Positions 31,685 through 35,334 of a DNA stretch of 35,334 nucleotides are shown piece after piece. Under the pieces are notes generated by a model. The model was not told the origin of the DNA, did no database searches, and saw only the letters and a program-made list of their open reading frames with translations. The position numbers were made by a program, and so were the translations under genes. This DNA is from a virus, in IMG/VR virus record IMGVR_UViG_3300045938_000009, positions 1 to 35,334 of that record; one strand, written 5' to 3'. Positions within the stretch are counted from its first letter, which is position 1. The number at the start of each line of letters is the position of its first letter.

Positions 31685-32381
31685 TACCTAGCGTTCCTTG
31701 GTATGTTCCAGCGTTGCCGTATGATACGCCGCGAGTACGAGACTTACCAGGCCCCATTTTACGAGTACCGTAACGTCCCTGCATGTCATCAGATAAGTCC
31801 TCAATACGTCGTTCATGTAGTGCTGCAATGTCGTAGTTCTCTCGGAATTGTTCAATGCCAGCTAATCCACCCTTAACAAGGATGTCTTTATATTCAAGTG
31901 GAATTTGAGGTGTTGAAGTTGTCGAGTCAGTAAGCCGCTTTGGTCGAGCAATGTATTGAATCTTAATTGTGTATTCTTTATCGAGTGGCGCAGGGAAGTA
32001 GAAAGACCCATTGTAGTCTGTGTAACTCATTGCAGGGCTTTGGTTGGCACTCTCAGGATCAGGCCAGCTGTCGAAGAAGTCAGCGGATGCAACGTAGTTC
32101 GGCTGGTAGACAGTCGGTCGTGCTGTAGTCTCATCAACTAGGATAAGTCGCACAATCTGTTGGTGGTCACAGTCGTAATCATAGGTAGTGTCACCTTCTG
32201 ATAGTATAGCTTCCTCTGTACCTTCGAGGAACTTAAAGCGTTGGCGGCCTAGTACTGAGTCTTGCGTACGTTGTACATATTCAAGCACAAGGTCACGAGA
32301 AAACTCAGAATCTTTAGACTGAGTAATAATTGAGTCAATTACCGATGCTGTGTTGTAACTTGCCACTAAGACTCCGTACAC
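31665..32381 (-). CDS. Tail tubular protein A-like (adaptor) protein
   Basis: About 233-238 aa, at the gp11 position. A more likely start is the GTG at 32366, which follows GGAG by 5 nt. Confidence 0.5.
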   Translation of the reverse strand: MYGVLVASYNTASVIDSIITQSKDSEFSRDLVLEYVQRTQDSVLGRQRFKFLEGTEEAILSEGDTTYDYDCDHQQIVRLILVDETTARPTVYQPNYVASADFFDSWPDPESANQSPAMSYTDYNGSFYFPAPLDKEYTIKIQYIARPKRLTDSTTSTPQIPLEYKDILVKGGLAGIEQFRENYDIAALHERRIEDLSDDMQGRYGTRKMGPGKSRTRGVSYGNAGTYQGTLGIGNGTF

Positions 32382-32425
32382 CGTCCATTACTTAGATAAT
32401 AGCATATAGCGTGTAGGAATGTTAA
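32379..32425 (-). promoter_or_regulatory. Probable late-type promoter-leader cassette (family L, diverged)
   Basis: The - strand reads TGCTATTAT-CTAAGTAAT-GGACGGTG, aligning with TGYTATATT-TAAGATAAC-..-GGACGGGG. Confidence 0.4.
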
Positions 32426-32429
32426 ATAT

Positions 32430-32815
32430 AATTCAGTAAATACATGGATGCTAGTAGCAAGTGCCTGACTATTTAACCTATATGGATTCAGAACAACTTA
32501 ATGTCTCTGGTCATAGCTCAAGATTACTACTAGCTGACTATCAAATAAGGTACGGCGTCACGTCTAAAGCATGCGCTTCTCCAAATCCTATTTAGTCATG
32601 TTGAACATATAAGACAAGGATTTGCATGTGGAGATTGCGCTCTCGATATTGCTATCTATAGTTTTTCACCTTGTTGTCACCTTGCATACTGCGTTGCTAA
32701 CCTACACCAGCCGAACGCAGCTTATGATCTGTGTAGTCAAGCGTCTACCTATTCCGCCACTTATATGTCCATGTATGCACTGAATTGTTTAGTTGCTATC
32801 CCTTCTTGGTGGATA
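32430..32815 (-). ncRNA. Candidate structured non-coding RNA (locus B, about 385 nt), paralog of locus A
   Basis: No track ORF in any of the six frames across 32382-32849. The promoter is at 32821-32849. A closing helix pairs 32430-32447 with 32769-32786. The stem 32450-32457/32527-32534 is identical to the one in locus A. Nested helices occur at 32573-32582/32630-32640 and 32583-32589/32617-32623. Confidence 0.45.
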
Positions 32816-32820
32816 TACTC

Positions 32821-32849
32821 ATATTAACACACGCTTACGTTAATTACAA
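32821..32849 (-). promoter_or_regulatory. Family-E promoter driving locus B: TTGTAA-N17-TAATAT
   Basis: -35 at 32849-32844 and -10 at 32826-32821. It directly abuts the stop of the glycosyltransferase-like gene. Confidence 0.7.
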
Positions 32850-33449
32850 TTAGATAATTTTAATCTTATGAAAGCCATCGTTTACTTCTTTAGCACCGTA
32901 CTCGACTATCTTGCGTTGATGGCACTCATTCTTAGTAACTCCTATGGGTATACCAAGCTCTCGTACTTGTAGGAAGAAATGCACGTCATGCTGCCCGTAT
33001 ATCTTCTCACGTGGGTCACGCTTACCAATTAGCTTACCCTCTGGTGAGTAAATTGTATCAGTTTTAAATATAGGCATCTCTATTAGTTCAAACACACCGC
33101 GTTCAACTAATAAACAGCCTGTACCCGTGTATAACACCTTCCCTTCATTGTCATACTCTACGCACTTCTTACCTTCCACGGGTGGATAATCAGATGTGGC
33201 AATGGGCGCACCAAGGTCAATCAGCTCCTGTAAAATACCTTTAGGTAATACCATGTCCTCTTCTACGATCCATATATGAGAGAAGCCATCTTGTACTATC
33301 TTATCAAGTGGTTCATTGAAGCACTCAGGTATAGGTCGAGAGTGTGAGAAAAACAATTGATAATCAAAGGGTGCTACCTCACGTAGCACCTCTTCAATAG
33401 TCTCAGAGAAGATCAATCCACGACTAGGTAGAATGATCGCAATTCTCAT
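32850..33449 (-). CDS. Glycosyltransferase-like protein (GT-A-type features)
   Basis: 199 aa. MRIAIILPSRG is an N-terminal beta-strand/loop typical of GT-A folds, and IWIVEEDMVL could be a DxD-like acidic motif. This is motif-level evidence only. Confidence 0.5.
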   Translation of the reverse strand: MRIAIILPSRGLIFSETIEEVLREVAPFDYQLFFSHSRPIPECFNEPLDKIVQDGFSHIWIVEEDMVLPKGILQELIDLGAPIATSDYPPVEGKKCVEYDNEGKVLYTGTGCLLVERGVFELIEMPIFKTDTIYSPEGKLIGKRDPREKIYGQHDVHFFLQVRELGIPIGVTKNECHQRKIVEYGAKEVNDGFHKIKII

Positions 33450-33913
33450 TATTTGCTTACTGATCGCTTTGTAAAGCTAGTATCAGCCTTTGCAGCTTTA
33501 CGTACAGCATCTTTTTCTTCTGTGGTGTCAGCGTCTTTAACAGTTAGGCTAGACTTTGGGCGTTCGCCTTCTGATAGTTCATCCTCGTTAAGTGCGCGGA
33601 AGTTCTTAGGCTCTTTGCCGCCAAGTTGTGAACGTCCTTCAACCTTAGCTTCTTTTGGTACACCTACACCGTTATCAAAACGTGTTGGCTCTACGTACTC
33701 ACCAGCCTCTGCATCAGCAGGGATTGGGTCGAGATCAGCAGGGTTGCCGCCTTCATAGACTTGTTTAGCCACGCTGTTACCTGTTTCAGTTTCGTTAACG
33801 CTGTCGTGATGTGAGTTATCAGCAGTGTTAATCTTTACAGGGTTTGCGTCAATGTTCGCAAGTTGCTCTTCGACTGTTAGGAATCGTGTTCCTTCTTTTT
33901 GTTCTTTAGCCAT
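33449..33913 (-). CDS. Acidic/Lys-rich, probably disordered protein (154 aa)
   Basis: Low-complexity E/K/D/A/T composition, with TAATG coupling to the GT-like gene. Confidence 0.6.
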   Translation of the reverse strand: MAKEQKEGTRFLTVEEQLANIDANPVKINTADNSHHDSVNETETGNSVAKQVYEGGNPADLDPIPADAEAGEYVEPTRFDNGVGVPKEAKVEGRSQLGGKEPKNFRALNEDELSEGERPKSSLTVKDADTTEEKDAVRKAAKADTSFTKRSVSK

Positions 33914-33924
33914 TGTATCTCCTA

Positions 33925-33946
33925 CGCCGTCCTTATCTTTAGTGTA
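33925..33946 (-). promoter_or_regulatory. Fourth, diverged copy of the family-L leader
   Basis: The - strand reads TACACT-AAAGATAAG-GACGGCG ahead of the ATG at 33913. Confidence 0.3.
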
Positions 33947-33949
33947 CTA

Positions 33950-34204
33950 CTATTTAGTAAGTTCAGACTGTAATTTATTTAACGCTTTAAGAGCTTTGGC
34001 AAGAGTCTTGTTCTGCTTCTCTAGCTCTTTGATCTTAGTATCAACGGTTTCTTTTTCGTGATCTTCCCACTCTGCGTTCTTGTTGATGTAAATGTCTACC
34101 TCGTTACGGATTGAAATAGCTTCCATCTCTGTAATTTGTGTCTCTACGTATGATAGTTTCTTTTGTGCAGGTGTTTGTAGTGCTTCTCTAATTGTTCCAG
34201 GCAT
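33950..34204 (-). CDS. Coiled-coil protein (84 aa)
   Basis: K/E-rich heptad-like sequence. Confidence 0.6.
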   Translation of the reverse strand: MPGTIREALQTPAQKKLSYVETQITEMEAISIRNEVDIYINKNAEWEDHEKETVDTKIKELEKQNKTLAKALKALNKLQSELTK

Positions 34205-34533
34205 TATTTGTTCCCCTTTTTAAATACTAATGATCTCATATCTTCTAAGTGCTTATTGGTTGCTTGTAGCAAACCTTCATTCTTGAAGTCACTTTGTGTC
34301 TTTACCCCAGCCGCAGATATTCCCTCGGCAAGGGCTTTTAGCTGGTCAGGTTCAAGAAAAGCAAATGATATTTCTTCCTCATTTTTGTCAATTTGTTCCC
34401 CTGTCAAAGTATGTATCATTTCACCATTATTAGAAATAAATACTCTGCCCTCTTTAGTTCGCTTTGTAAGATAGATGTAATACCCCATCCTAACAATTGA
34501 ATCAACAATCTTTACTTCCCACTCACCAAACAT
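34204..34533 (-). CDS. Hypothetical protein (109 aa)
   Basis: AAGGAGAA RBS; no motif recognised. Confidence 0.6.
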   Translation of the reverse strand: MFGEWEVKIVDSIVRMGYYIYLTKRTKEGRVFISNNGEMIHTLTGEQIDKNEEEISFAFLEPDQLKALAEGISAAGVKTQSDFKNEGLLQATNKHLEDMRSLVFKKGNK

Positions 34534-34574
34534 TATTTCTCCTTAGTGTTGTCCAATATTGTGAAACTATTTTA

Positions 34575-34727
34575 CTATAAAATATTTTCTTTTACCATTT
34601 CAGGTATGACACTATCTGCCCAGTACTCAATTAGATCATCTAACTTAGACTTTATTTGTTTACCAGAAAGTTCAACTCCTCTTTCGAGGTAAGAGTCATA
34701 AATTGATTGTGATAATTTCTTTTCCAT
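34575..34727 (-). CDS. Small protein (50 aa), below the ORF-track cut-off
   Basis: MEKKLSQSIYDSYLERGVELSGKQIKSKLDDLIEYWADSVIPEMVKENIL. It is preceded by a family-E leader, GAAGGTAATCTAATAAGAAGGGATTGCAATG. Confidence 0.5.
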   Translation of the reverse strand: MEKKLSQSIYDSYLERGVELSGKQIKSKLDDLIEYWADSVIPEMVKENIL

Positions 34728-34754
34728 TGCAATCCCTTCTTATTAGATTACCTT

Positions 34755-34783
34755 CATTGTATACCATATTTAATTTTTAAGTT
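34755..34783 (-). promoter_or_regulatory. Possible family-E promoter copy (TACAAT -10, weak -35)
   Basis: It aligns base-for-base with the 35027-35055 promoter-leader. The -35 lies inside the upstream ORF. Confidence 0.4.
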
Positions 34784-34997
34784 CACCAGCGTTAAATAAC
34801 TCTAAAGTCAATTTTAATAAAGCAACTACATCACTATCATCTGCATTGTTATACGCTATTTTCCCATCTTTATAGTATCGAGCATTCCATTGTAGATTCT
34901 CTACCGCATAATGCAAATTAAGATGTAACTCAGTACCATTGTAGTTGATTTTTTTAGGAAGCTTTGCCATCAAATATTTGGATATGTCATCGCTCAT
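34770..34997 (-). CDS. Hypothetical protein (75 aa)
   Basis: First gene behind the promoter at 35027-35055; no motif recognised. Confidence 0.6.
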   Translation of the reverse strand: MSDDISKYLMAKLPKKINYNGTELHLNLHYAVENLQWNARYYKDGKIAYNNADDSDVVALLKLTLELFNAGELKN

Positions 34998-35026
34998 TAT
35001 TAATCCCTTCTGGTTAGATTACCCTC

Positions 35027-35055
35027 ATTATATCACATGGTTATGCTAATTACAA
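35027..35055 (-). promoter_or_regulatory. Family-E promoter TTGTAA-N17-TATAAT
   Basis: -35 at 35055-35050 and -10 at 35032-35027. The leader is GAGGGTAATCTAACCAGAAGGGATTAATAATG. Confidence 0.7.
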
Positions 35056-35057
35056 GA

Positions 35058-35084
35058 CAAACAAAAAGACCCCCGAAAGGGTCT
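35058..35084 (-). terminator. Intrinsic terminator after the capsid gene
   Basis: The - strand reads AGACCC-TTTCGG-GGGTCT followed by TTTTTGTTTG, about 20 nt after the capsid stop. Confidence 0.8.
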
Positions 35085-35104
35085 GATTGTATTACAGGGA
35101 AGGA

Positions 35105-35334
35105 TTAGCTTCGGACTGCAACTGAGAATGTAGGACGTAGAGTCTTTACACCGAATACTGTATCGACTGTTAATAGCCAACCTAGGTATTCCTGCTTGTA
35201 CTGCGCTTGTGTACGTGGTTTCAACTGTAGAGCGATACCGAGTGCGTCCTTGTGGAAGGCAACACCAGTTTCTTGTACAGGAGTACCAGCAACGCTAGGG
35301 AAGTTCTGAGACATAACTACGTCAAAGCCGTAGA
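35105..35334 (-). CDS. Major capsid protein, 3' part (continuation of 1..749)
   Basis: ...GFDVVMSQNFPSVAGTPVQETGVAFHKDALGIALQLKPRTQAQYKQEYLGWLLTVDTVFGVKTLRPTFSVAVRS. GFDVV and VAFHKDALG parallel T7 gp10 GFEVV and LFMHRSAVG (recalled from memory). The M in the track ORF is internal. Confidence 0.85.
   Translation of the reverse strand, partial: YGFDVVMSQNFPSVAGTPVQETGVAFHKDALGIALQLKPRTQAQYKQEYLGWLLTVDTVFGVKTLRPTFSVAVRS
35208..35334. repeat. 127-bp exact duplicate of window bases 1-127 (circular closure overlap)
   Basis: Direct comparison: both copies start with tgtgtacgtggtttcaactgtagagcg and end with gtcaaagccgtaga. Confidence 0.95.

Noticed and set aside
1-35334. CRISPR arrays, rRNA genes, transposases or IS elements
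   Set aside because: No regularly spaced direct repeats, no rRNA-like segments and no transposase-sized ORFs were seen. The only inverted repeats of note are reported separately.

Overview
The window looks like a complete, circularly closed phage genome. Bases 1-127 are identical to 35208-35334, giving a unique length of about 35,207 bp, and the major capsid gene is split across the window ends. Content fits a small podovirus-type phage with a T7-like morphogenesis block: small and large terminase, portal, scaffold, gp10-like capsid, gp11/gp12-like tail tubular proteins, Gly-rich internal proteins, a collagen/fibre-repeat tail fibre, several Thr/Ala/Gly-rich fibre-like proteins, a CHAP-type endolysin and a holin. 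About 33 kb is read leftward (- strand) from a divergent promoter region near 14030. The early block (13969 down to 5450) consists of tiny, translationally coupled ORFs: an Erf-type annealase, NinG/Rap-like protein, HNH endonuclease, SLT transglycosylase, WhiB-like regulator and two KGG-motif proteins. A 2.4-kb rightward block (14223-16504) encodes YopX and a membrane-anchored protein. I see no DNA or RNA polymerase, primase, helicase, integrase or repressor. The WhiB-like gene, extended -10 promoters and a probable leaderless gene suggest an actinobacterial host, by eye a low-GC one; this is inference. The most unusual content is non-coding. (1) Two paralogous ORF-free loci (about 11346-12025 and 32382-32849) each sit behind a near-consensus promoter. 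They share ordered sequence blocks and long-range helices, and locus A carries a tRNA-like acceptor/T-arm element. (2) A 560-bp ORF-free stretch (14478-15039) is packed with promoters, hairpins and intrinsic terminators and probably encodes small RNAs. (3) A 23-bp inverted repeat brackets one small ORF. (4) Two families of promoter-leader cassettes recur through the genome. An accessory island carrying a glycosyltransferase-like gene is wedged between the capsid and tail genes. All functional calls come from reading translations and motifs by eye; no searches were run.
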